DNA of 64,000 nt. Source: Blasia pusilla (Eukaryota). Below, one piece after another: positions 1-13,702 of the stretch. The stretch is from positions 17,174,001 to 17,238,000 of the forward strand of contig CM114271.1 in assembly GCA_050084515.1 (NCBI GenBank). Reading direction: 5' to 3'. A program made the translations under genes and the position numbers. The notes under the pieces were generated by a model that worked only from the letters and a program-made list of their open reading frames with translations, made no database searches and was not told the origin of the DNA. Within the stretch, counting starts at the first letter, position 1; every line of letters starts with the position of its first letter.

Positions 1-1483
1 ACATGCCACTTGACTAGTATAATATAATATTTAACTTAAATGGAAGAAGGAAGGCACTAGTGTATTATCCATGTGTTATGTTACTCTTGTGTTGGAGCAA
101 AAAAAAAAAGCGAACTCCTTGTTTTCAATTGTTCATATTTCATTTGATGTCTACCCCAATAGCCAATAGATGTGTGTCAATGAATGCTAGGAACCAAGAT
201 TCCTAGAAGAACTTTTTCTCTTACACATATAAATAAAATATTTATCTGGAATTTCTATGATTAAGATAAGATTGAGCCTTATTTTTGGCCATGGCTCTAT
301 TTTTATTTTATTTTTAACTCAAGATCAAAGATTACAAGGATTTTGGTACGCGAGACCAAGACCTACAAAAGTGGGTAAAATATCTAATGTTAGGATACAT
401 TTTATTTTCATTTCATACCCTTAAGCACGATAAATATACAGGCCTACTTTCTTTTATTCCCTGAATTAAAAAATTAAATCCAAGGATCTTTTTAAAATAA
501 AATTTCTTTATTATAAATTATTCTGAATTTCAATATCTTCCTCGCTTGACATATTTTTGAAAAAAACAACATATGTGACTTACATGTTCCTCTACAGCAT
601 ATTTACTTTCATGATAATAAAAAAAAGATATGTGATCGCCGTGTTCCTCTTTAGCTTGATACGTTTTTTTATTATTTAAAAAAAACCACATGTGTGGGTA
701 AGCATGACCACCATGGGATAGAAATTGCACCCAATCAAGAAACTTGGAACCCCATAATATGTAGTACTCTTGTTATTGTTGCACAGAAAGAAACGATTTG
801 CTGTGTCCCATAAGTACGTGTGAGATGACATTAATACCTTTAAACATGAGTACTTAGAAACTGCAGGAATCTGTCGGCCCCAAAACGTATAGGCCTAATG
901 ATCTCAGAAGAGCTCTTAATTGGCTCTCTAGAGATTCCCAATTATATACTCGCCACTCACAACGAAAATAAGCAAAGAAAGTTTGCCTATGGGTTTCCAA
1001 AAGAGCAAAGAGCGAATAAAGTGCAGCCAACTTTTGGCACTTTAGGTCACATCGAAACTCGAGAGGAGACAACGGCTTTTGGAAGAGATGTGTAAGGAGA
1101 GAATGAAACATTTCATAAGTCGTGAGAAAGGAGAAGAAATCATTGCATGCAAAGGAGGCTTGAGGACACTTGGGAGAAGTGAGCGATTGGTAGCCCTTTT
1201 AATAATTGTGACGTTTGAGTAGTTGGCTGAGTGTATTTACCAATAGTGATGTGTAGGTAACAAGATAGTCTCATTTGAGCACCCAAAAAACTTAAGAAAG
1301 GATTTCTTAGGTGTGCTTATTCTCGTCCAGGCTAATCATAGCTTGATTAATTTGGTTGCCATTCAAGGGAGTTGTTTATACAGCTGCTCCTGAAATGTTT
1401 TTACCTTCCTTAAAAAAAATTAAATTGTGTATTTGATTGATACTTTTGCTACTCTCTTCATTTTCAAGCAATATATATGCTAA

Positions 1484-1620
1484 TCTATACTATTATTTGA
1501 GAAGCACTTCTCAAATGGCGACACGGGTTGCATTTTTGAAACCTTCAAACGGCGACACGCGACAGGCCATACATATGTAAAGGATTGTGCATCGCACGGT
1601 CCCTCACGAGCCCTAACTAG
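1484..1620 (+). mobile_element. Non-autonomous mini-Helitron (137 bp)
   Basis: Starts TCTATACTA after an A (1483). Subterminal hairpin TGTGCATCGCACGG at ~1586-1599. Ends CTAG (1617-1620) followed by T, giving an A|T target with no TSD. The hairpin matches the 3' end of the large Helitron at 58701. Confidence 0.65.
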
Positions 1621-2919
1621 TCCCATAGATCCCAACTCCTTGTTTCCTCACAACTTTCTTAAAGTAATGGAAATTCTTAATTTTTGCAACTTAGGGTTCA
1701 CTTCTAAATTGCTCACATCTTGGAAGAGATTATGGGTTAATATTTCAAATTTTATGAATCTCCATTCAATATTAAAAACATATGTAAAAAATTATTCGTT
1801 GAAATTATAAGGATTTTTGCATTTGACATGCTTAAGATAAATTGGAATTTTTTTAGTTGGAAATAGGATTTTTTTCTCAAGTCACTCCGTGAATTTTTTA
1901 AAAAGACTTGAAGTATTTTGGAGATAAAGCTATTTTGATGAAATAGGGGTTTCAAATTTTAATACAAATTTTGTAGTAATATTTTTATGATCAAGACTTA
2001 TAGTCTTGATTGTGTTAAGGGTTGCATTACAAGAATAAATCAACAAACATCTAAAAACACATGGTGGCAAAGGTTGAAAGAGTTTTTTTTCTTTGTGGCT
2101 TAAAATTATCCAGTGTCAAACCGAAAACGATTGGAAATTGGCGATTAATCCGGGTCTAATGGTAATTCAAAAGAGCCAAAAAGTGATTTTTTTTCCAATA
2201 AGTAAAATTTAAATTTCTGGAAGAAAATAAAATATTTTGATTACAATCTCAAGACAAGTATGGTGAGAAAGAGTTTGGACTTTGGAGTTGGACATGTCAT
2301 TCTACTCAATAGGAGATGATTATGATTGCAAGAAAGAGACAAGTTCACTCATGGCATATACATTGTATATAAGTTGACTTTATCATCTTATATTGCAGTA
2401 ACCGGAATGCATTTTTCCTCTCATGTGGCATACTTAAGTCCCCTAAAACTAACTTTATCCACATGCAATTTTCCATATCAATCCTCAACCATTGTTGCAA
2501 ACTTGCAATTGGTGTGAGGTATTTACTAACTACATTATTGGGGTATGCTCGACCTTGCTTGTGCCGGTATATCTATTCACTAAGTTATTTTCCAAAAATA
2601 CTTATTGATATTTATAAAACTCACTAGCAACTGTTTATATAAATGGAGGCAAGATAAGGTAACAAGTATCAGTCATACTATGCTATCTATACTTGTTTTA
2701 GCAATTTAGCTTGAATGGGGTACACCGGGAGGAAAGATTATTTGTACTAAACCCATGGAAAGAGCAATTCCTTCTCTTTCAAAATTTTCCTTAAAATTCA
2801 TTTATGTGGAAGCCCATTTTTTCTCTAATCGGAAAAGTGGGACATAAAAATATATTTTGCAACTCCATTGAAGCATTAGACGAGCCAAAATGGCGTGTGA
2901 TGATTTCATAAAATTAAAG

Positions 2920-3160
2920 TAGACAAGTACGTCCCTAAGACGGACATGGACGGACAAGTTTAGACATATCCACAGACATGCATTGCAGAAGGTAAAACAA
3001 AGGTGGGCAAGACAATAAGGGGGGACGAGTGGAGATGGAAGGAGGGAGAAAGGAGAGAGTACGGATCACGAAGGCAAGTGGGGGGATAAGACAGAAGGGG
3101 GAAATGGACAAGTCCTAGACATAAGTTCATAGATACGAAATTTATCCATATGCAACCTTG
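2920..3160. mobile_element. Degenerate hAT-MITE-family end fragment
   Basis: GGAC/GTCC-rich subterminal motifs and terminal TGCAACCTTG at 3151-3160, the same TIR as the neighbouring MITE. No left TIR or TSD found. Confidence 0.4.
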
Positions 3161-3253
3161 TGGTGTCTTATGTTAAAAATATACATGTCAAAATAACTAC
3201 AATGTACATAAGTTTCTTACATCAGTCTTATTAGCATAAACCCCAAAAAAGAG

Positions 3254-3746
3254 CAAGGTTGCCACGGAAAAAGTTCGTGTCCGCGGAGTTTGTCCATCCC
3301 TAGGATGAACATGTCCATGCGGGCCCGGGTACCCACTGCCCGTATGGGAGTCTGTCGAGCCTGTAACGTAAACTCAGGCTTGTCCAACCCGCACCCATTT
3401 TGTAGCCCATACGAAGCCCGCGGCCCCTGGTAGGCTTGCAACCTTGTTGTAGGGCGGGCCCAGGCACACACACAGCCCGCATAGCGAATTGAAGTCCACC
3501 CAGGGTAGGCTTGATTCTTGAGGCCGTCATAAGATGGGCTCAAGGTCGGCGCATGCTAACTATGCGAGCTTAGCCGTGGGCTTGAGCATGCTCAATAGGG
3601 GCCTAGCTCGCCCTACAGGCTACAAAATGGGTGTGGGCTGGATGAACCCGAGTCTACGTTACGGGCTCGGTGGGCTCAGATGCGGGTGGGAGACCCTTGG
3701 GCATGTCCATCCCATGGACGAACTTTTCCCTTTCCGTGCAACCTTG
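3254..3746. mobile_element. hAT-type MITE (493 bp)
   Basis: TIRs CAAGGTTGCCACGGAAA ... TTTCCGTGCAACCTTG. 8-bp TSD AAAAAGAG (3246-3253) / AAAAGGAG (3747-3754), 1 mismatch. Long internal inverted arms. Confidence 0.85.
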
Positions 3747-6700
3747 AAAAGGAGTCTATATTATTATGGGAGAGTGCCCTGTTGATTTTTGACCGCATCT
3801 TTTTTTGGCACCTTGCCTTGAAGTTCTTAATCAATATGATCATAAGACATTGATTTAAAAGATTAGTTAACAATTTTGGGGTTGATTAAATAGATAATCA
3901 TATTTTAACCATAATTATGGATATTTTAAATCACCCATCATGAACCACTAGTATTTTATTTATCATCATATAATAAACACATGGAAAAATTCTAAATAAA
4001 ATTAATCATATAGTTTTTTCTACCTTTTTGTGACTTTATGTTCTTGTCCACCTTAAAGTCTAAATCAAATAAACTAGTGGGCAGCTAGTGCATTCATGGG
4101 AGTGAAGGGAGATATTTTTTGCACAAATTATAATTTTCATTGTTTTATAATGGAATTTTTAAAATTTCCCGGTTATAAGCATAGAGGTGTTGCACATCAA
4201 AAAGACATAATAATACAATTTATTTCTCATAAAAATAAATTGCCTTAAAAATACAGAAAAGAAGACATAGATTCTTAGACACAAAAGGGGAAAAGAAAAC
4301 CCATCGGAAGTAAAGATTCAAAGAACACGTGTAAAATCACAACCGACCCAGAAAAAGAAAAGGGATTCTTTTGCCTTATGCCCGCGAGGGTCAGAACGAA
4401 AAGAAAAGCTTAGCATTGCGTCGATGTTAAAGGGCTTACTTACAATAACTGGAGCGAATAAGAAAATAATATCGGGAAAGGAAGATACGGAAAGCGCGCA
4501 TGTTTACGTGTGGGGCGGGTTTCCGGTTAAAAACCGGAAATTTCGCTCGAGATTCTTTTCCCATGGAACTTATTGAAGGAGAGCCTGAGCTGTGGCGGAC
4601 AAAGCAAAGCGTACCGAACTCCGCTGGCTGAGCGCACAGAGTACCAACAGCGACTAATGCTCATAACGTCAAAATACACGGGCGCCCAGGCTGACAGACG
4701 AAGTAGGGACTTCTCGGTCGGTCTGTTTGTCCATCCTTCCGTAGGGACAGGGTCCGGGGAGTTTTTTCGTGACAACCGGTACATTCCCGGTCTCTAAAAA
4801 ACCGAATGGCAATTTTCGAAGTTTTTTCCATTTCAGTCGGCTATACGAATACGAAGGACACCCTCCCTGAATCCTCGGCTTTTGGCCGGTCATCGGGAAT
4901 TCTCAAATTCTTCCGGCCCGAACATCGCGTAGGGATAATCGTGTCATCAGAACTTTGAATAGAGGATCGTGGTGCTAAAGGCAATACCGGTATGGAAGAG
5001 CATAAACTGCGTGGTCGCCCTACTGGCCTTCATCAAAGCGTTACTTTAGATTGGCAGGCTTTGAAGGGCTTTTGTACTATTGTAGTATCGCTGCCTGCTG
5101 AGTGCCCAAGTCCGCAAGTCCGAGTCCTGAGGCGCTCAGGTCCTTAGTAAGATCCAAAGTCGTAGCGCGGAGGCAGACCCACGTGGCTTGATCATGATTG
5201 AAAGAACGGCCTACTTGTAGACAGATAGGACACCAGTGCTGCCCGCACAGGTGGCATGCATTGGCTGGCAGATCTCGTCGTGGTCATCGTAGTCACAAAT
5301 TGCATATCCCCAGAGGGGCGGATTAGGACGGAATCAGGGCTAATGCCAGTACTGACGGTGTTTAACACCACTACTTAGTGCTGATTACTTCTTCCTTCCT
5401 ATCGGAGTCCGTGTACCACGTCATTATAGATTCATAAAAGTTGCGTTATTAAGATAATTAAGATAATGATATGTGACTCAAAATTGTCTTTCAAAAGTTT
5501 TTTATTTAAGAATAAAAATTTCGAATAATGTAAAATTAATTCTGAAAAGTAATCTATTTATTAAAAAAATCGGAACCAGTATGCAATCCTGGATTTTGGT
5601 TTAAAAAAAATAAAATTCATGTAACATATTAAGAGAATACTAACAATAAGAAGGCCACCTTAAATGGAATTATGGAAATGGCATGGATTAATACGGCAAG
5701 GCAAGGGCACCATGCCGTGGTACTCACTTACTAATACTAAAAAAGCGGAGGAGTAAACACCCTGAACCATTTTCCTCCCTTATTTAAAAAAATAAATTTT
5801 TTTGGAAGCTCTAGATCAATGGAATTAGGGGGACCATTTTCCAAACATAATATGACGTTGAATAATTGTGAGATTTTAAATTGTGAAAAATTGAACTTCA
5901 GGATATCCACCAATCTATATACACTATGGAGTCCTTATTGAATTCTCATTTCAATTGTGCATAATTTTCATTAAAACTCGTGTTAAAATTTCATCGCTCA
6001 ATCTCTACTCACATTGTGGAAGGATCCCTATTGGAAGGGGTGTAGCATCCAGTAAGTCTTCTTAGTCTCATAGAAAACAATGTACTTCCAATCCATAACT
6101 TTATGTGAGCAAGGTGAGGCTATTGGTGAAATTTACTTCCTCGGTCACTACGTATATTCGAAGAAAAAACACAAGCTTGATCACCTCCAAAATCCTATAT
6201 ACTTTTTGACTGCACAACCCAAGGATGTACAATATCCATCTAGAATTCTAGGGTCGATCTTGGGGTCATTATCTTGGCTCTCTCTATCTTAACTCAAAGT
6301 GGCAGCATACGTGGAGAAATATTGAGTGTATTGAGTGGCATTAGTGTGTTATGTACTTCTTAGCATTCATGTGGTGAAAGTAACTCCTCATTATGCTCCT
6401 TAAATCCACATGCATTGGAACTTGGAAAACGCCTACAAAAGAAAGAAAAAGATGCACTTCGATAAAAACGAGTGATGGAAAACCCATCGAAAGTACAAAA
6501 GAGGGGGACTCAAAGAGTCAAAACCTGAAGGCCACAACAAGACCTACAAACACACATTTGTATGTTGCCTACTCAATGCAAGGCATCCCTTCGTTTATCA
6601 CTCGTTTGATGTCCACTCTTATATGACTCATATGAGATCATGCAAATCATTGATTTTTAATTATTCCAAATGCTACTCGTCAACCTAAACCCTCATGCAC

Positions 6701-7447
6701 CGAGTGAAACATCTCCTTTTTCCTTTATTGGACAAGGTGATATATAGTCAAAATGCCAAATCTTTTTTAAAAAAATTCAAAAAAGAGGAAAAAATGTCTA
6801 TCAAAATGAGTTTACTTGACTCATTTGTAACTTTTGAATTGCATGATTTGACACCCATACATCGTTTGGGTGTTCAGGAGATGTTCCCTTGATGGCTTAA
6901 AGACATCAAGGGAGAAAAAAGAAAAACTGGTCCAGGATTGAAAACTTCTATATGCAAGTAATTATCAGATTGTCCAAATAAATCTTAATTGAACTAAACT
7001 CGACGTGAGAGTAAAAGATGTATATTTATATAGGAAAGGAAGGATGTTGTGATTGAACTTTATGGATTTCGAGAAATGAGATCATGGCAATAAGGACTAA
7101 TAGACAAGAGTAGTGGTAACTAGAATTGTTTATTAATTTTTTCCCATCACATTCTTTATGAGCCTATAAAGACCCTTCAAACAAATGGTTCCAAACCTCA
7201 AACTTTTCTTATGCATGAACAAAGATATATTAATTAAAAAAACTCAAACCTTTCTAGATTTTGAGATACCAAATCAGGCATCAAATCTTTACCTTTTTAC
7301 AAGCCCTTATATAGAAATATATCCACTTTATTATAAAAGAAACCTCATAAGAGGACAAAGAAAGGTAATGACAACTCAAAAGAGGAGTCAAAAAATGCAT
7401 ACAAGAATGCAAAAAGAAAATGGCAACAAGCCAACGTAAACACCGAC

Positions 7448-9378
7448 TCAACGAGCTACACGATTGATAGTTTGAAACAAATCTGACAAGAACACGAGTG
7501 GTTGGTCAGACGTGAATGGACGACGAGGGGAGCAACGAGCTACACGATTGATAGTTTGAAACAAATCTGACAAGAACACGAGTGGTTGGTCAGACGTGAA
7601 TGGACGACGAGGGGAGCGACCCCCCACCACCTCCGCACGACATATCAATGCCAAGGCTTGTGCACGTTGTAAGGCCACTGAGATGCATTGCCGAAAATAA
7701 GTAGTAACTACGAGAGAGAAGGACTACGGGAAGGGGCAAGGTGATGATTCTCGAGGGAGTGGTGAGCACATGTTTTCAAGAAAGTATCAAAAGACACATG
7801 TAAATGACCGAATACTTCCACTGCAAAAGGAATAAATCCATCAGTCGCATGTCTCACATCATAACTTAACTCCTTGATTCTTACTGTAGCTTCGGCCGCC
7901 AAACCTTTGGTATGTGCGGCTCGACACACCAAGTCAGAATGTGTTGGATCAGCAACCACCACATCACCTAGTGTCCGCAATCCACCTCAAGACATAACAA
8001 GATCACTCTTCCACGAGAGGTTGCTTGTGTGGTTGAAGGTAGGACGTGGAGTTGCTCTTGCCCAACGGTGTATCCTCCAGTACGAGCCACCGATGCTATC
8101 GCCTCTCTAATGACATTATGTGTGGCCGTTTGTTCTCCACCATGTGCACATCGGAGAATATGGATACCCTTGGCATCAATGGGATCCCCGCATACACAAT
8201 TCGGCACACCTAAGAGAGAAGGATGGGGAAGTCCAAGACGTAACCGCAAAGCTATCGAGAATATACTTCGAGGAAGACAAAATGGAAGAATAAGAGGATT
8301 GCAGTAAGCCACGGCCCCGCTCCGGTACGCGCACATGAACGTAGATGAGCTCCATTAGCGTCAGAGGATGCCTCGGAGAGAATGCTGGAAAAGTTGATTT
8401 GATACAGATTCTCGGAGATATTCTCTTGAAGTCGATCAAGCCCTTCCGTAATCAGTTGACTGAAAGGGGATAGAATTGCTTGTGTAGCAAGAGGAAGAAG
8501 AGATCGTGCAGATCTCAGTTGTTGTTGAAGTAACAAGTCCCCCTCCTCTACATGGGCGATTTGATCCATCAAGATAGGTGTATCTCCTTGGAGAAACCTT
8601 GAAGCCATAATCGGTGCTATCAACACCAAACTCCCCAAAAAGGCTGTGGGAGCAGATGCGATTGTGGAGGAAAGTCCCACTCCTCCAAAAGAAATAGGCA
8701 AGACAGCTTGTCGTGAAGCAAAGACACCATCCTCTCCCTCAAAGGTATGTGGGCCAAGAAGTTGACCAAAAGTTGCCAAGATAGAAGCATCAAAAGAGGC
8801 CAACCGATGTAAGAACCTTGAAGTAGGAGGACAAGTGCGAAGAAGGTAGGAAGGACATCGTAGAAAATATTGGGAGAGAATCCCATAAGCCCCTTGGGGA
8901 TCCCCTAGATGAGGTAACAAATGAAGCCATTCCATGTCTTTCAAAAGGGCCTCATCCAAGAACTTTGAGACATAGTCGATGAAGCTAATTGGGAACCCAA
9001 GAACTCTAACCCCTTCAATGTAGATGGGAAAATCATGAGTAGGTGGGATGAATGTTGAGGGAAGGCATGAAGGAGACCATACTCCATATTTACTAGGTTG
9101 AACTTTAAGGTTTAAGAAAGAGAGTTGCTCCACGAAATGGGTATAAGCAGGAACCACTTCAGAAGGAGGACCTATAATGTGAGTGTCATCAGCCGTAGAA
9201 GGGAAAAGACAAGATGGAAATACTTGCGCTGATGCTCGAAGGGCACCAAAATGGACAATGGCAAAGAGTGGGCCCCCCATGGGATCATCTTGACGTGTGC
9301 CACAAGCCGATTGTAGAATACGATATTCCTCAGAAGTAGCATGATGGGAATAGATAATGAGCGTATCATAGGATACAC
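7448..9378 (-). mobile_element. 5'-truncated, frameshifted non-LTR retrotransposon of CRE-like type (RT + Cys/His knuckle + restriction-like endonuclease)
   Basis: RT remnant TADDTHIIG and LPISFGGVGL (ORF 8252-9280). ALRLRLGLPHP..CVCG....G.HILRC.......HN (ORF 7968-8336). RLE-like DVVVADP..K...Y....FIPFAVEVFG (ORF 7708-7980). The protein is split across several frames. Confidence 0.8.
7449..7616. repeat. Perfect 84-bp tandem duplication inside the non-LTR element
   Basis: CAACGAGCTACACG...GACGACGAGGGGAG at 7449-7532 and again at 7533-7616. Visible as the repeated peptide SPRRPFTSDQPLVFLSDLFQTINRVAR. Confidence 0.95.
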
Positions 9379-10739
9379 ATAGAGATCCTTACATAGGATC
9401 TCTATGTGTATACGTTTTACAAAAGCTATCCCTTAAATCTAAGGGATCTCCTTATATAAAGATCTCTATAAACATGTAACATAAAAACCTCTAAAGTACT
9501 CACCTTCATCGAAAATCTATATCCACATATCCATAACTCCCTTAATAAAATCATATAAAAAGGTTTGGACTCTTAATTTTTTTTTAAAAAAAATCCCTTT
9601 GGTGTATAACTTTCTCTTTGCAAAGGATCCCAAATCCTCTTACAAGAGAACAATGGATTCCCTTTATGTATAAAAAAGATTTCTCCTTGAAAAATTATTT
9701 TATTTGGTCGCTCCACACTAGTTGAATTGGGGTGAGGTGGCTTTACGTTTTAAGTCCCAGATATCAAATCATTTACTAGGGCATGAGGAATTGTACTACT
9801 ATCTCTTGATGACCTTTCTAAGGATTATGAAATATTGAATTAAAAGTATTGAGGAAAGTTTTACCCTATGATCATTATTGTCATTTATTTGACTCAATAG
9901 ACTATTTTTTTATGGTGGTTATTTTATCGTTCCCTCCCTAGCGTATCTTTAAGTTCTCTCATCTCTAAAGATTCATATTTTATACAAGTTATATCTTTTG
10001 CTTAAAAATATCATAAATTTCAAATTTTTTGAGAGGATATGATATTCATTACAATATGAAACGAAAATTATTAAAAAATAATTTTTTATTTAAAAATTCA
10101 TATTATATCAAAATGACATCTCAACTAAATTGAGAAACTTTCAAGATTTTCAGACTATTTTAAATAATTTTTGGACAATTAAAAAATTCTTTGGAGATAA
10201 CTCGATTCTATTTGAGAGACTTGAAGTTCTTCATGTAATTTTGAATACTAAATTTGAGAAGAATAAAATTATTGATCGATTCTTAAAGTTTGAATTTGAA
10301 TTTAGATTGAAATTCCTTCAATGCTTCATATATTAATAACATTCCATGCTTCATATGTATCCGATTGTGTCATCCAAGCCACAAGAATGTGTCTTGTAAC
10401 ATTGGCACCAAGAAAAAGTTGGTGCCAACGAACAATAAGGATACAAATTTTTTCTTGATGCCAATGTTACGGGTAATTAAATTACCCCTAATTTACTTGT
10501 GCATAGCACGAACGTCCACTAGTAATTTTTGTGATAATAGTTCCGTAGGAAATGTTCAAGAAATTTCTTCCATGAGAAAAAGATTGAATTACATTTGTTT
10601 GACAAGAATTTTCTTAATAGAAGTAACATTAAAGCTTGCTAGCTTCCTAACAATATTTTAAGGATGCAATGGATTAATTTACAAATGCAAAAATTACCCA
10701 CGTGCCTGCAAATTTCAAACTAGTTTGTATAATATTTTC

Positions 10740-12480
10740 TCATTATGAATTCAATTTCAGCTTAAGCTAAGATTTTAAGGAAAACTTTTTTTAATGAAAC
10801 CTATAAAAATATCAAAAAATTTATGTTATTTTTGGACCTAAGCCATTGAACCTTCTTGAGAAAAGGGTCTTTCCATCTTGTACAAGGATCTTAGCTTAAG
10901 CTGAAATTTGGCTTACTTGCTCCCCCTAAATGTAGCTCTCTTGCAAATTTTCAAGCGAAATGAAACTAAGACCAAAAGTTCCAAAATGTTTAAGTCAATT
11001 TTGGACCCGCGCTTGCCATTAAACCTTCTATGTTAAAAGGGTCTTTCCATTTTCCATCTTGTGCAAGGATCTCATCTAGCAATCTTGAGCTTCATTTTGA
11101 CATAATTTCTTCCCATGGTCTATATAGCTCTCTTGCAAAAATTCAAACGAAATGAAGTTAAGACCAAGAGTTAAAAAATGTTAAAGTCATTTTTGGGCTC
11201 GCATCATTAAATCTTCTTTGAAAAAAGGATCTTTCCATTTTCCATCTTATCCAAGGATCTCATCTTGAGCTGAATTTTGGTACACTTACTCCCCTTGGTC
11301 TATCAAACTCTCTTGCAAAGTTTGAAGCAAAATGGATTAAAGACCAATAGTTTCAAAAACATTTAGCTCGTTTTTTGACTCGCGCCATTAAACCTTTTAT
11401 GAAAAAAGGGTCTTTCCTTTTTCCATCTCGTGTAAAGATCTCATCTTGAGCTGAATTTTGGCACACTTTCTCTCCATGTTCTATATAGATCTCATGAAAA
11501 TTTTCAAGCAAAATGGAGTTAAGACCAAGAGCTCAAAAATTGCTGTCATTTTTGGGCCTTGGCCGTTAAACCTTCTATCAAAAAAGGGTCTTTCCATTTT
11601 CCATTTTGTGCAAGGATCTCATCTTGAACTGAATTTTGGTACACTTTATCCCCATAGTCTATATAGCTCTGTTGCAAATTTTCAAGAAAAATTAAGCTAA
11701 GACCAAAACCTCAAAAATTCTTATATTAATTTTGGACCCATGCCATTAAACCTTCCATGAAAAAAAGCCTAAAAGGGTTTTTCCATTTTACATCTTGCGC
11801 AAGGATCTCATCTTGAGCTCAATTTTGATATACTTGCTCCCCTTGGTCTATGAATCTCTCTTGCAAAGTCTCAAGAAAAATGGAGTTAAGACCAAGACTT
11901 TCAAAAATTGTTATGTCATTGTTGGACCCGCTCCATTCAATCTTCTATGAAAAAATAGCTTTTTCATTTTCCATCTTGTGCAAGGATCTCATCTTGCGCT
12001 CAATTCTGGTACAATTTCTCCTTATGCTCTATGTAGATCTCTTGCAAAGTTTTAAGTAAAATGGATCTAAGAGCAAGAGGTCAAAAACATTTACGTCATT
12101 TTTGGACCCGCGCCATTAAACTTTTTATGAAAAAAGGATCTTTCCATTTTTCATCTTGTGCAAAGATCTCTTGCAAAGTTTCAACAAAAATAGAGTTGTG
12201 ACAACAAGCTCAAAAATTACTAAGTCCTTTTTGGACCCCAACCATTAAACCTTTAATGAAACGGAGGTTTTTCATTTTTCAACTTGTCCCACTTTCCCAT
12301 CTTGAGCCAAAATTTGGCACACATGATCCCTAAGGTGCATCTAGCACTCTTGCAAAGTTTCATCCAAAATTGAGTTATGACCACAAGCTCAAAACTTGGT
12401 AAGTCCTTTTTGGACCCGAACCATTAAACCTTCAATGAAAAAAAGGTTTTTTCATTTTTCATCTTGTCCAACTTTCCCAT
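10740..12480. repeat. Degenerate ~180-bp tandem repeat array (~10 units)
   Basis: Recurring TTGGACC..CCATTAAACC..AAAAGGGTCTTTCCATTTTCCATCTTGTGCAAGGATCTCATCTTGAGC. Anchors at ~10832, 11001, 11193, 11375, 11552, 11732, 11922, 12102, 12231, 12410. Confidence 0.9.
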
Positions 12481-12486
12481 CTATCT

Positions 12487-13702
12487 TTGTTTTGCCTAAT
12501 GGTGATCTGTATGGCTTTGGAGAATGGGACAAAAGCAATTAATCCATTGGATAGATGCTCAACTACTTTTGTCTGTGGAGATCAACATGCATCTTTGTCA
12601 TATGTCACAAATGTCATCTATAGCCATTACAAAATTCATGAACATGGCTTGAAGTGGGATGATGTGAATAGGTCTCACAGGAAGAAGAAACCACTTGTGC
12701 TTGGACTTAGCCATAGAGCGTAGTGTTGGTGTACCTTGACCATGCATGCTCCACCAATCAGAGGGACCAAGCTACCATCTCACGAGCTTGTGCAAAAATA
12801 CTACATCTCACAAGTTTGTGCAAAAATCTTGTCCATCCAAGGCCATTTACCCCACTCTTCGTAGACTAGATCAAGAGAATGTGATACACATCCACCCCAA
12901 GGAATATAAGGAAACTTTGCTTCGATAAGTTTCCCTGCTGCTCGCTCATTTTGGGATTTCCCCTTGATGTCTATCGACTCAATCATGACCTCACCTTGTG
13001 GACACAAGACCATGATGTTCACTAAAGACTTGCTCCTCACATTGGTCCAAGAATCCGTGATGATCGTGACCCCCAAACGTAAAGTATCCAATATGCCATC
13101 CACCTTTTCCTTCACCTTCCCTATATGTTTCTCAAGTAGGGTGGTGCGCAACGAATTATGATTAGGAATTGAGTAACCCTTCACCTTTGATGTTGCCAAC
13201 ACTACTTGTTTGAAAGCATCTTTCCCTACTACGTTGAATGGTATTCCACATTCGTAGAAACAGTTCGCCCATGTATCATTTGCAACTTCTATTCTTGGAT
13301 GTTGAAAGAATCTCTCAGGTCGGCTTGCTTCTTCCTAGAACTTATGCATTCCTCGAGACTATCATACGGTGGCATGTTCGCAACCGCATCAACATTTGGC
13401 ACAACATAAACACTATATCCTATCTGTTGCAAATCTATTTGTAATGGAATAATCTCTTCCACTTCACTCGAAGGTCTCGCTTCCCTTATTTGTCAATTTC
13501 CCACAAGTATCCTGTTTCGAAGATCCCGTTGCACCCTAGGAGGGTCCTTCACATATGCATTGGCATGATGGATTTCATGATTCCCATCCTTTTTCTTTCC
13601 TCTCTCTTGTGTAAAATGCTCCACCATCCGCGTGCTATGATAGATTTTCATAAAATAGGAATAATACTTGCATTGCCATCTGCTTGATGTTCCACCTTCC
13701 AT
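12487..13702 (-). pseudogene. hAT transposase remnant (BED-like zinc finger + DUF659)
   Basis: WQCKY..........RM..H (BED-like, ~13640-13700). LRTTLL..., GVTIITDSWTN....LVN and IPWGGCVSHSLDL are typical of DUF659 hAT transposases. Stops and frameshifts are present. Confidence 0.8.

Noticed and set aside
860-1370. Possible solo LTR (similar LTR-like stretches at ~34000-34460 and ~43900-44400)
   Set aside because: I could not establish TG...CA ends, a TSD or a partner LTR by eye.
10740-12480. CRISPR array
   Set aside because: Whole units are homologous with no unique spacers, and the context is eukaryotic.
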